A stretch of DNA of 63,729 bases, the filler included, from Corallochytrium limacisporum Hawaii (Eukaryota > Protista > Pluriformea), in NCBI GenBank assembly GCA_002811645.1. It is 5 parts of 5 records of this genome, joined end to end, with 100 filler letters (N's around TTAATTAATTAA, not from the genome) between each part and the next. Parts side by side here need not be neighbours in the genome. Positions count along the whole stretch, not along the records: positions 1 to 16,457 come from PDIP01000170.1; 4 more parts are not named here. One strand, given 5' to 3'. The first letter of the stretch is position 1. Each line of letters begins with the position of its first letter. The translations under genes were made by a program, and so were the position numbers. Shown in pieces: positions 1 through 10,399 of this stretch. The notes beneath the pieces were generated by a model. That model searched no databases. It saw nothing but the letters and a program-made list of their open reading frames with translations, and had not been told where the DNA came from.

Positions 1-14
1 CCCTAACCCTAACC
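1..14 (-). repeat. Telomeric repeat (CCCTAA)n / (TTAGGG)n at the window start
   Basis: ccctaaccctaacc at the first base, in the orientation expected for a left chromosome end; only about 2.3 units are visible. Confidence 0.7.
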
Positions 15-21
15 TGCGATT

Positions 22-51
22 TGTCTCATACTTAGGAGACAGAGGGTGGTA
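22..51 (-). mobile_element. TIR-like terminus (...AGACAGAGGGTGG|TA) with internal TGTCTC/GAGACA palindrome
   Basis: 13-bp core at 37-49 is the reverse complement of the CCACCCTCTGTCT starting at 16382 and 31915; followed by TA at 50-51. Confidence 0.6.
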
Positions 52-898
52 TGTGATTGTAAAACAACGCTACTTAAACTGCCTCGGGCGGTTATACGGC
101 GGTCCTAAACTCTTCGCATGCTTATGCTAATCATTACACTTACGGTTACCAATTCTGCTCCCCATCGCGGATGCGGGGGGAAGATTTTGAATCTCCAGGC
201 AGTTTTGTGTTTCTCAGGATTGAGGCACTATGCGGGGCCGTTCCCTCTCGGTAGTTTAGCTTTCTCAGAATGCAAGCAATTTTCTGGGCCGTGGAACCCC
301 TCCAGAATTTATGTTAGTTCTTAGTTACAGTTGCGCAACGTTTCGGCCGTGCCGCGTAATCTCCGACTTGCAAATCCCGCGACCCGAAGGAAGCGGCGAT
401 TTTTGGAAAATGCACATTTGTACTTTTTATGCGGTTGCAGAAAAGAAATTGACTCATTATCTATATATCTATCTGCTGAATGGAGAGCCACTATTAGGTG
501 GCAGTGTCTACGTGGATGAGATTCAATACAGAGTGGGGAAAAAATATCTCTGTGGTTTTTTTTCCTATTGTGTCAGTGCGCGGCGCATTATTTGGAGGAC
601 CTGCCGCTAAGGGTGCCAACTGCACGAGCCGCATAGTAGAGGAAGGGAAATGGAAGATGCGGACTAATGTGCGTGGACGACTTTAGTATCAGCAGACATG
701 GACACGCAAAATGTACCTTGTATATGTATTAGTCCAATACATAGGTCTTATGGGTTTGTATTTAGTGCCTGGTGGACAGATCAACGTGTCATTAAAATCA
801 AGTTCTACCTCGTAAAGGTGTTTATTGAGCCTCGGTTTCACCACCCACAGTACGGCTCAGCAGCACGAAGCCAAACTGTAAATTCTCTGCAGTACACG

Positions 899-2242
899 AT
901 GGTGGCAACCAAAGTAACTTCGGCGGCGAAAATGGCGCCCAAGAAGACAAATGTCGGCGTTCCCCAATCCATCTGGTCCAAGATCCGTCCGTTTGCACTT
1001 CCGATCATAGTGCTCGCTTTCATTCTACAAACTGTGAAACCCAGCACCATTGTTCCCACTGGAAAGTACATGTATGATTATAGCCAGAGCTTGACGGAGC
1101 CTACCCAGCGTGCTCTTGATACTTCGGCTATCGAAGCCCTCGAGAGCGATCTGATCCATGTTGAAATGATGGACCCGCTGCGAGGCTTCCCGGTGCACAT
1201 TACTCCTAAGACTCCAGGCCTGGGTACTGAATTCATTGTGTCGTATATGAAAGAACATCACGATAAGTTCCAGAATGCTCTAACTAAGCATGGTGTCCTT
1301 CGTTTCCGTGGCTTTGATGTCCCTACACCTGTGGACTTTGAAACCATTATCACTTCTTTTGACCCTTGGCTGAACGCTACATACTTGGGCCTGGCCCCCC
1401 GCCCCCATATTGATGGGACGAAGTATGTCTGGACTGCCAGTGAAGTTCCATTCTTTGCCATGATCGGAGCGCATGCCGAAATGGCTTTCCTTCTAGACAC
1501 CAGCCCTAAGAATTTGTTCTTTTACATCCGGAGTATACCTCCCATCGGTGGTGAGACGCCTGTGTTTGACCTGGCTGAGACCTGGGACAACCTGAAACCA
1601 GAAGTAAAGGAGAAGTTCGAGAAGTATGGTATCAAGACGACGCGCAAATATCGCCACAAAGATGAATTCAGTTGGGATCATCTGGTGTACAAGACTTGGC
1701 AAGATATGTTCTCCACTGATGACCCCGAGGAAGCTTTCCGATTGGCCAAATCTGAGAATTTAAATCCCGAATGGGAAGGCAATACCTTAGTTCTGCACGA
1801 TATCTACTCGGGTACAGCCGTCCATCCTGTTACTGGTCGCACAGTATTTTACAACCAAATCCCAGTGTACCACGAGACTGTGCACACCTTGGAGATGGCA
1901 CAGGCAGCGGCTCGTGACGAAGCCTGGTACCCAGCCATTGCCTCCCACATTGCTGGAGTTCTCAATGAAATCCACCGATGGGTTTTCAATGACAATGTTG
2001 GTCTTGATGTCTTCTACGGCAACGGCGAGCCCATCCCGTGGGAGGACATGATTGAAGTCCGGGCTACTCTGTGGAAGTATGGTGCCTCTGAGAAGCATCA
2101 GGTTGGTGACTTTTGTATAGTCGACAACCGTCAAATGGGCCATGCCCGCAATTATTACCTTGGTGAACGTAGCGTCCTAAACGCATGGAGCACGTACCCT
2201 CCTGGTTACGACCAAACCTACCACCCCCCTTCAGAGGAGTAA
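899..2242 (+). CDS. TauD/TfdA-family Fe(II)/2-oxoglutarate dioxygenase (SyrP-like) with N-terminal membrane anchor
   Basis: HGVLRFRGF, H-x-E (IGAHAEM), GGETPVFD, HPVTGRTVFYNQ and DNRQMGHAR motifs; hydrophobic FALPIIVLAFIL segment. ATG at 899 preferred; the ORF is open from 698. Confidence 0.85.
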   Translation: MVATKVTSAAKMAPKKTNVGVPQSIWSKIRPFALPIIVLAFILQTVKPSTIVPTGKYMYDYSQSLTEPTQRALDTSAIEALESDLIHVEMMDPLRGFPVHITPKTPGLGTEFIVSYMKEHHDKFQNALTKHGVLRFRGFDVPTPVDFETIITSFDPWLNATYLGLAPRPHIDGTKYVWTASEVPFFAMIGAHAEMAFLLDTSPKNLFFYIRSIPPIGGETPVFDLAETWDNLKPEVKEKFEKYGIKTTRKYRHKDEFSWDHLVYKTWQDMFSTDDPEEAFRLAKSENLNPEWEGNTLVLHDIYSGTAVHPVTGRTVFYNQIPVYHETVHTLEMAQAAARDEAWYPAIASHIAGVLNEIHRWVFNDNVGLDVFYGNGEPIPWEDMIEVRATLWKYGASEKHQVGDFCIVDNRQMGHARNYYLGERSVLNAWSTYPPGYDQTYHPPSEE

Positions 2243-2687
2243 TCCCTTTCTCCCGCCCATCACGGTTAGCCACGAATAGACATATATGGAGCTGCTCCGC
2301 TGTTTCCAACTTTCTTAATCCCTTTTCATCCCTTTCCCCCATCACACTTCTTGTAAAGAAAGTTTTGCGCATCTGTCACAAAAAAGAGGAAGGGAACCTT
2401 CTCTTGAATGACCACGCTACATTTTGATTCAAATACAAGGGAACTCGGTAGCCTAGTGCTTTTGTAATATCGTAAGTATCAAAGAGCGCTTTGCCGTCCA
2501 ACATGTGCTCCCTCTATTTTGTGGAGGCCCAATCCATTTTCCCTGCCATATTCCTTCTATGCGGTATCAATGACGTCGTCAAGTCTTAAGAGGTCCCATG
2601 TTAATACGAAGGCGTCCCCTTCTAGCAAGAAATTCACTAACCTCACAATGCGGTTGGTTTCCAACTTGGATGTATAGGTGTACTCTC

Positions 2688-3671
2688 TTACAATAGTACA
2701 CCAGCAATATCATCCATATTAATATTTGGACAGGTGTGATACTTAGAGTAGTAGGATTTGTCGCACATGGATACAGTGAATGCCAATTCGCCGTCGGTAA
2801 ACTTGCTCCACACAAGCGCTTGTGTGCCGACGTTACTCTGGACGGCTTTAACCTGGGGTACGCACTTGAGGTTCCTATTCATTTCGTACTCAAAGTACAT
2901 GTCATACTCAAGCGCTGTATGGCCAGTAGCTGGATTCATTGCGTGAATTTGGAGGAACCCTGGGCCTCCGGTCAAAGTACAATTCCCGGCATTGCTCAGT
3001 GTCAGGGTGGCATTCGAATCTTGTTCCAGATGGATCTGATTGGCGGGCGGGGTCCACATGTAACCACCACCATTCCAACCAAGTGTCGCGTTGTAGTTTT
3101 CAGAAATGTTGTAGTAGACTGTCATTGATGAGACATCATTGATGTCAGGAATGATTTGACGCGGCATCATTACACCACGAACGGCAGAGACATCCACACC
3201 GCGACATGTAGATGTTTCCTCGAATTCGTCCAATTCACAAAGTGACACAGTCTGGTTATGCGGAATGAGTTTTCCGTGCGAATTAGATGCTTGAGTTACG
3301 GTGCTCCATACCACTACTTGGTCATTCGCGTTCTCGTCACCCGTGTTCTCGACTCGGGTAACATGCGGGACGCAGACGAACCCACAACCTTGGATATCGT
3401 CTCCCTGCCAATCTGTGTAAATCTTCACATTTGGAGTAGAGGGCGGTTCCGAATCTTCGAAGTAGGACAGGTGAATTTGAACATTCTGGCCCAGGCAGCT
3501 GTCTGGTGGACCGACTGAGCCCTCCAATGACAAAATTTGCGTTGTTTCCGGCTTTACCCACAAAGGATCAATAATGTTAGGAGTAAACCAACTACCCACG
3601 GTTTGGTCCGCTTGGATCGTGAGGTTGGAGTTTGGGAGCCAATTCGTCACGTCAATAACTGCGTAGGCCAT
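2688..3671 (-). CDS. Hypothetical 327-aa protein made of two tandem beta-rich repeats (possibly aegerolysin/actinoporin-like)
   Basis: Long ORF with an internal repeat: CVPHV..QVVVWS..TVSLCE vs CVPQV..QALVWS..TVSMCD; TATA-like cctataaaa about 90 bp upstream. Confidence 0.7.
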   Translation of the reverse strand: MAYAVIDVTNWLPNSNLTIQADQTVGSWFTPNIIDPLWVKPETTQILSLEGSVGPPDSCLGQNVQIHLSYFEDSEPPSTPNVKIYTDWQGDDIQGCGFVCVPHVTRVENTGDENANDQVVVWSTVTQASNSHGKLIPHNQTVSLCELDEFEETSTCRGVDVSAVRGVMMPRQIIPDINDVSSMTVYYNISENYNATLGWNGGGYMWTPPANQIHLEQDSNATLTLSNAGNCTLTGGPGFLQIHAMNPATGHTALEYDMYFEYEMNRNLKCVPQVKAVQSNVGTQALVWSKFTDGELAFTVSMCDKSYYSKYHTCPNINMDDIAGVLL

Positions 3672-5479
3672 GGTTGCATGATCTTCCTGTCAGGAGTTTT
3701 CTTGTTCCAGAATGTCAAAATGGCAGATCATTTTCAGATTTTTGTACTATCCGCACAGATTTTATAGGTTTCATGACTTATAGTAGTCATCCCGCTTTAG
3801 GGCCGGCAGGCTGGAGAACAGTGATGTCACGTTGATCCTCAATGGTCCGCTTCCCAGGGTACTACAAAGTCTCCGATCTAAAAACTACTACAGAGCAATA
3901 TTGGAAAGCAGATATCACCACACTATACGAGGGCGGGCCATTGTAAAGGCAAGAACAGAGCTCGGCGGACTGTTTGTCAGAAGCAGTGGAGAATATGAAT
4001 GAGTTTCATCAAGTCTACGGTTGGGACGCAAACCTTTCTACTTTCGCTGTGACCTCCCGTTTCCCCCCGGAGGAGCCCGTGGGTGGAATTTTGCAAAGTG
4101 ACGCAGCGGAAGCAATACTACCTCATCAATCTCCGTTTCCTGTGGGGACGGCCTCAATCCTAAGATTGCCAAACCCTATCCCTCTCGCCCCTAAGAGATA
4201 TTCTCCGCAGGAACAGAGGCGGAGATTCTCGTTAAAGCAACGCGCTAGGCCAAAATTTTTACTGGACAATCCTCCGCCAATCCAGAGAAATGGGGAAGGC
4301 CGGGAGTGCCGTCTGTGACCCCTTTCAGCAATTTTTGGTCAGGTCTTCAAGGAGAGTCTTGTAACCAGTACCGGGGGGTTTGACCCCTTTCTGTTAGTAT
4401 ATGCATTTTTTCCCTCCGCCACCCATATGAGACTCTTTCGCACACAGCGCATACCTTCCGAAAGCCGAATCAAAACAATGGTGTCACAAAAGGCGCCGGT
4501 CCGTTCGAAGGGTAGGAAAGTGATATGTCCAATCCTATGGGTGCTGCTCAACCGATGAGGGACAGCTGTGTGTCCTCTGTCATTCGTAAGAGTGAGAGGT
4601 GCGTTTTTGGTAAGAATTCGTGCTCAGCAGCTCACAGAGGACGTATGTGATCTCGCTCTGTGATTCTCGTAGTACTGTCGATTGTACACCCATTCAAATT
4701 TTATACTCGGTTCGTTCGTAGCATGTTTAGTCGCCATAATCTATTGCCGCGTGTGATGCGTTCGTCCTTCTTCGCGTCGACATGGCTATCAACATTGATC
4801 CTCAACTCAGTTAGGAGACAATTGTCAGTGCATTCCATTCCGTCCGTGCAAATTTTGTGTTCACCAAACGTCATCATCCCAACCTTGTGATCCCGTACTA
4901 GACCTTGAGCCGTCATTGACCTCCCGCATACTGCATCTGAATTTGACTCACTGAAAAAAGTCTTTGGGTCTCCGGCGGCCCACAGGGAAAACCTGGATAG
5001 GGTTAGCCAGAGAATGGGACATGCCAGCTCACGAAAGCACAAGAGTACGCGACAGGGCATTTTCCCAAGCGGGTCGTAACTGAGGACTTGTGGTTATCTC
5101 TATGCTCTGCACCAGAAAGCTAAGGAAGAATTCAGGTTCTTTAGCTCACACCTTCTTCGAATCAAATTAATCGCTTCACTTTGGATTTCGTCCCCTTCCC
5201 GTCGTCTATCCGCACCCTCCTCGTCGGTGTTTTACACACCTTCGTTGTGGTACTTCAGAATGCATGATCCTTCTACAACGACAGGGAATCTTTGACACGG
5301 AATCTTTGACATGTACTGGTATAAGGTACACAGCAGCAGAATATGTGGTTGGAATCCAAGGCAGGGTATCGGTTCATCGTTCTTGGAAACTCTGAAGGCT
5401 TTGCCAACCGTCACACTGTGTGAGCCATTTGCGGCCACACCTGCACTCACTGTCCGCGTATCCTGCAGGTGGTCGGGCC

Positions 5480-6100
5480 ATGGATGAACAGCCTCGTTTG
5501 GGAAAAACTGTGCTGCTCGTGATCGATGTTCAGGAGGGCGCCTTCGACGGCCGACAACTTGCTCCCGTAGTCGGTGCCGATCGTATGCTCAGCAACATTT
5601 CGAGTTTGAGCCAGAAATTTACGCCGCAAGGACAGGTTGAGGACGGTCGGATCAGGGTTATATATGTGCAAGACAATGGCAAAGTTGGGGGTGCCTTCGA
5701 CCATGCCACGGCTGGCTGGCGACTCCACGCCTCCATCGCCCCAGAGCGCACAGCTGACGAGCCTGTTGATTTCATTGATCGTTTCTATGCTATTTTGCAC
5801 AAGCAGACACCAAACGCTTTTGATAATCTAAACCTCCAAAGGCTGATTTTCGAAAGCGACAAAGAGTCCAAGCCACGTTTTGTAATATGCGGTCTGCACA
5901 GCTCATATTGCGTTGCAACATCTGCAATCACAGCGTTGCAAACCGGCTGCTCTGTGATACTCGTCAGTGATGCTCACGGATCGATTGACTCTGCCACCGA
6001 AACAGCCCCACAGATTGTGGACCGAGTAAACGCAGACCTAATGCAGCAAGGTGCGACAGTCATGACAACAGAAAAGGTTTTGGAGGAGAAGTGGCCGTGA
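5480..6100 (+). CDS. Isochorismatase-family cysteine hydrolase
   Basis: LLVIDVQ (catalytic Asp), HKQTPNAF (Lys), GLHSSYCVATS (Cys), VILVSDAHGS. Confidence 0.9.
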   Translation: MDEQPRLGKTVLLVIDVQEGAFDGRQLAPVVGADRMLSNISSLSQKFTPQGQVEDGRIRVIYVQDNGKVGGAFDHATAGWRLHASIAPERTADEPVDFIDRFYAILHKQTPNAFDNLNLQRLIFESDKESKPRFVICGLHSSYCVATSAITALQTGCSVILVSDAHGSIDSATETAPQIVDRVNADLMQQGATVMTTEKVLEEKWP

Positions 6101-6460
6101 CAGACGGACGCAGCCGATCAGCTCCCCATCTGTGTACAAGAATAGCATGTTCCTATACCAGAATCTTAATCGGATTGGCGTAATAGTCATTTCCACTCCC
6201 AGTGACCCTGAAACCAAACTGGATATTCGGTATGTCTACGCGTAGTCCCACGGATGCATGGAAGGGTTAAACAGAGGACAGCGAAAGGTTAGGAACAGGT
6301 TAGGGCTAGCGATTTGAAATTACGTCTATTCAGAGTACGGGAGGTACGTGGGAGCCAACTGTCTGTGAACTTCGGTACGAACGTAACACATCGAGGGCAA
6401 ATCCGTACGTGCATGAAGAATATAACATGTTCAGAGGCGCAAAAGGCAGGCTTCGGCTAC

Positions 6461-8263
6461 TTAGTACCCAAGCGCAACACCGTCACCTCGGGGATCGGTG
6501 CCGCAGGCGTAAGCAACATCCTTCCTCGGACCTTCGGCGACCTTTTGGATGATCTGGCCACGGCCAAAGTACACACGCTGGGCTTTGGATTTGAAAAGTA
6601 TCTTGTGGCCAAGTTCGCGAAGCCCATTTGCAACGTGTTGGGGGACAGAATCTTCTAGATAAACAACGTCATTATCATCTTCATCAGCGGCAATACAGAA
6701 GCGAGGAGCATCTAGAGCATCTTGTGGGTACATACCGTGTTCCACCATGTTAATAAAGGTTTGGATGTGTCCCTGTGGCTGCATGTATCCGCCCATAACA
6801 CCCATTACTGCATAGAGATCGATATCATTGCTGCGACCACTGCTGTCACGCCGGATTGCCATGGCTGGAATAATGGTATGGTATGGCCGCTTGCCGCCAT
6901 CCAAGCAGTTGCGGTGGCCTTCTTCAAGAACAAAACCATTGCCACGGTTTTGCAAAGCAAATCCGCAGCCTCTGGGAACGATACCAGTACCAAAGCCCAT
7001 GTAGGTGCTGGAGATAAAGGAGCAGCCATTACCATGCTCGTCCAGGGAGCAATGGTACACCGTGTCACTGCTTGAAATTGGAACTCCTCGTTGACGATCA
7101 GCACCGGCGCGGTCAGACTGAATCAACGCTGCTCGTTTCGCACAGTATTCGTCACTGATGAGCTTCTTGTACGGCACCTCCGCCTTGGTTGGATCTGCGA
7201 TCCAGTAGCGTGCATCGGCCCAGGCCAGGCGCAGCGCCTCGATACAATAATGCCAACGCATGACATTATCGTAGCCTTCTTTGCCACCTAGATCACAGTG
7301 CTTTAGGATACCAAGAGCCATCAGCGCTGTCAAACCTTGACCATTCGGAGGAATCTCGTGCAATTCGATGCCCTTGTAGTTAACACACACTGTCTCCACT
7401 TCAGTGGTAGTATGGTTCTCCAGGTCATCAAAGGTCATGAGCCCTCCTTTCTCTCGCAACACTTCAATAATTGCTTTCGCTGTCTGACTCTCGCGACCAT
7501 AAAATCCAGCCTTACCATGATTGGCCACATCCCGTAGCACGCGTGCAAACTCAGGATTCCGTTTCACCTCCCCTGGCACAGGTGCTCGCGTGCCACTTGT
7601 GGACAGCAGTTCTGCAGAGTTGGGGCTCTGTCTCTTCAGTTTCTCCGCTGCCCGTACTAGAGTCAGAGAGCTTAGCGTGGAGACCACGTAACCATCCTCC
7701 GCGTATTTGATTGCGGGCGCAAGAATTTCAGCCAAGGTAAGATTGCCACTGCCGTACTTTTCCACGGCATCACACCACAGTGCCACCACCCCCGGAACTG
7801 TCACACAGTTCGCATCGAGGTAGTTGATACGGTACTCGTGGTGACCCATTTCCCTTGCCTTCTTCAGAGTCAGTGCCTTCGGAGACCGGCCACTGCCGTT
7901 CAAAGCCACGAGTTTCTTGCGCTTATTGTCCCAAAGAATCATAAACCCATCTCCACCGACACTAGTACTGCCAGGTTCCGTGAGGGCCTTGATGGCATCA
8001 GCCGCTACGGACGCATCAACCGCATTGCCACCTTTGCGCAGAATGTCGAGACCAACTTGTGTGGCCAAAGGCTGAGATGTGGCCAATGCTGCATGACGCA
8101 CCCACACTGTACAACGTCTCGAGTTGAAGCTAAAATCTTTGACCGCGCGAAGATGTTCCGGCTCGGCCTCTGGCGGGATCTGGGGTATCATTTTTGGCAG
8201 GGACTGAATGATCGCTGCAGCGGCCACAGCGGCCTCAAAGTATCCACTGAACGGCAGTGGCAT
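6461..8263 (-). CDS. ggt: Gamma-glutamyltransferase (YwrD-like, T3 family)
   Basis: GGNAVDA, VGGDGF, NGSGRSP, VTVPG, catalytic Thr in SSSDTVY, LQNRG, KRPYHTIIP, GVMGGYMQPQGH, DPRGDG. Confidence 0.95.
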   Translation of the reverse strand: MPLPFSGYFEAAVAAAAIIQSLPKMIPQIPPEAEPEHLRAVKDFSFNSRRCTVWVRHAALATSQPLATQVGLDILRKGGNAVDASVAADAIKALTEPGSTSVGGDGFMILWDNKRKKLVALNGSGRSPKALTLKKAREMGHHEYRINYLDANCVTVPGVVALWCDAVEKYGSGNLTLAEILAPAIKYAEDGYVVSTLSSLTLVRAAEKLKRQSPNSAELLSTSGTRAPVPGEVKRNPEFARVLRDVANHGKAGFYGRESQTAKAIIEVLREKGGLMTFDDLENHTTTEVETVCVNYKGIELHEIPPNGQGLTALMALGILKHCDLGGKEGYDNVMRWHYCIEALRLAWADARYWIADPTKAEVPYKKLISDEYCAKRAALIQSDRAGADRQRGVPISSSDTVYHCSLDEHGNGCSFISSTYMGFGTGIVPRGCGFALQNRGNGFVLEEGHRNCLDGGKRPYHTIIPAMAIRRDSSGRSNDIDLYAVMGVMGGYMQPQGHIQTFINMVEHGMYPQDALDAPRFCIAADEDDNDVVYLEDSVPQHVANGLRELGHKILFKSKAQRVYFGRGQIIQKVAEGPRKDVAYACGTDPRGDGVALGY

Positions 8264-10399
8264 GCTTAGCGGGCAAACTCCAGTTTATAAACCACGCGCC
8301 CTGTTTGTATCACTAGAACAGTTCTGCTTTCGAACACCGCTATATAAGAAATTGATATCTGCACAGAGGCGAACGCACTCAAAATCACGACCCCGTCCGC
8401 AGTTATCTCCTCTGTAGAAGCCCCTCTACAGTTTCACTTCACGGTCCGCGATTCTGTCCAACTACCTGTCAAAACACTACCTAATGACGATGATGATAGG
8501 AATCTGAAAAGGTGGGCTTATGTCTTGGTGGAAGGGACGAGACCCGATTCAGAAATGTATGGAATCCGGCTGGCCACGGACGGAGAAGGGACACCCCCCC
8601 CCTTTCTCCGTGGGGGAGGGGGTTGTCCTTTGGGGCTCCCGGGAGAGGGACCCAGCAAAAATAGTGGAGACCCGGCCTCCCCTCCCCCTTCGCTGGCCTC
8701 TCCGTCTCCGTGATCTCCTCCTCTCTCGATCCTTCCCACCGCTCCGTCTCTTGCGATACCGGCCTCCACCGTCAGTCCTGGACCCCAGGAATTTTCATCA
8801 CCTAAACAGACGAGCCAGCTGATGTTGCCGGCAGTACGGTAAAAATACTGCGGCCCAATTTTTGGAACAGACAGCCTACTCGGAGGACAGCGGGGAATTG
8901 TGCAGAAAGCGAAGTAAAATGGACTCCCGTATGTCTATTTGGGTGGCTGTGGGGAAGTTAGTTTGTTACCTTCTTTGTCGGCTTTAATCCGTGTGTGTTC
9001 GTGCTAGGAAGTCACTTTAGATCTCTTTCCAGCTGTGACGTCATTTTCAAGTGATTTGATGCCTTCCCCATTTGCCATTCAATGGACGGCAGTATCAAAC
9101 CTTTCATTTCGGTGGTAGTAATATCCAGGTAAAATGGCAGTACTTGCGCAGTGCCCATCGAATCCCGGGCGTACGGACGGGCGGGCGGGTGTAATTGCCG
9201 ACGCGACGCAGGCCAATTTGATGGAGGGAAGCGAATCGCTTTCATAAGTACCCTACCGTTGGCCCCACGATCGGCACAAAGCCAAAACCCCCTCGTCCGC
9301 TTCTTCCAGGGAGTTGGTGTGGAGTACATATGCCCACCGTTTGAAACCGTTCCATCAGAATGCGTTCTTTGAAGCCGTAGTACCAACATACGTGCCACCC
9401 ACAGTGTACTGTTGCCGTGCGGCATCACCAAATAAGTTCGGGGGGTCCGGTACTGCAACAAGTCTAGGAGTCTTGCTCGCCCACAATTTCCCAACGCACT
9501 GACTATTGGCATGGCCACCCCTCAAATTGCAAACGAGTGAGTCGCCGGCAGCAGCATTGGCAGACGAAAAGGCACGCGCGGATCGGGAGATGGTCCCCGA
9601 GCAGCACGCACAGGTCGGAACTGGAGGCCCCAATACGCCAGAAAACACACGGCGGGAAAGGGCAAGGGGTTAAGAGGGAGGGAATTGTATGTGCGCTCGA
9701 TCGAAAGGATTGGGAGGGGAGAGTGGTGGTACCAGGGGTACACCAGACACGGTGCTTTTTATGGCAGCAACCCAAATCGCGGTCAGGAACGGGAAGGCTA
9801 TCCGAGCGGGGCTTGAGTGCGCAATTCCACGGTACTTATCGGCGCTTGCTCGATGGATCAGCGTATTGGCCTAAGCGAAATACTGTAGAATACCAAGTTT
9901 GGTGAGGGTTGGCGAAAAAATTAATGGGTGCAAATATGCGCAATGATGAGCACAAGCTTTCGGCTCCGGCAAAAGAAACAGGGGGAAATCTCGACACTTA
10001 CAGGCCTTTTGTTTGCAACTGTGTGGGTTACGTACGGGTATCATTATACCCATGGCTCCAACGAACTGTAATTTGCGGATGCCGGAGATGGCACAAGGGA
10101 GACCGGAAAAAAGAAGGGGGGGGTTCAGGGGAGTGGATGCGAGTGGTTCTACCACTGGTAGTACTACTTGTTTCGTGAGCACACTCCTCATGTAGGAGCC
10201 AGTCATAAGCACGAAGAGGGTCAACAGCGTGTTAGTCAACGACAAAAAGTTTTGTCCCCCGTACCATCTAAAGCTTCGCCTCAATGAGATGCCATCGGTC
10301 GATTTGATCGACAATAGGTAGTAAACAGAGGCCACGAGGCCTACTTCCTCGCTCTGAGGCTCGCTTCATCGTACAGAACAAGATATCTCACGCGAAACA

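Noticed and set aside
8518-10335. Several overlapping 60-170 aa ORFs between GGT and the S28 peptidase
   Set aside because: No recognisable motifs, low-complexity G/C tracts, and stops in all frames; treated as divergent promoter/intergenic DNA.
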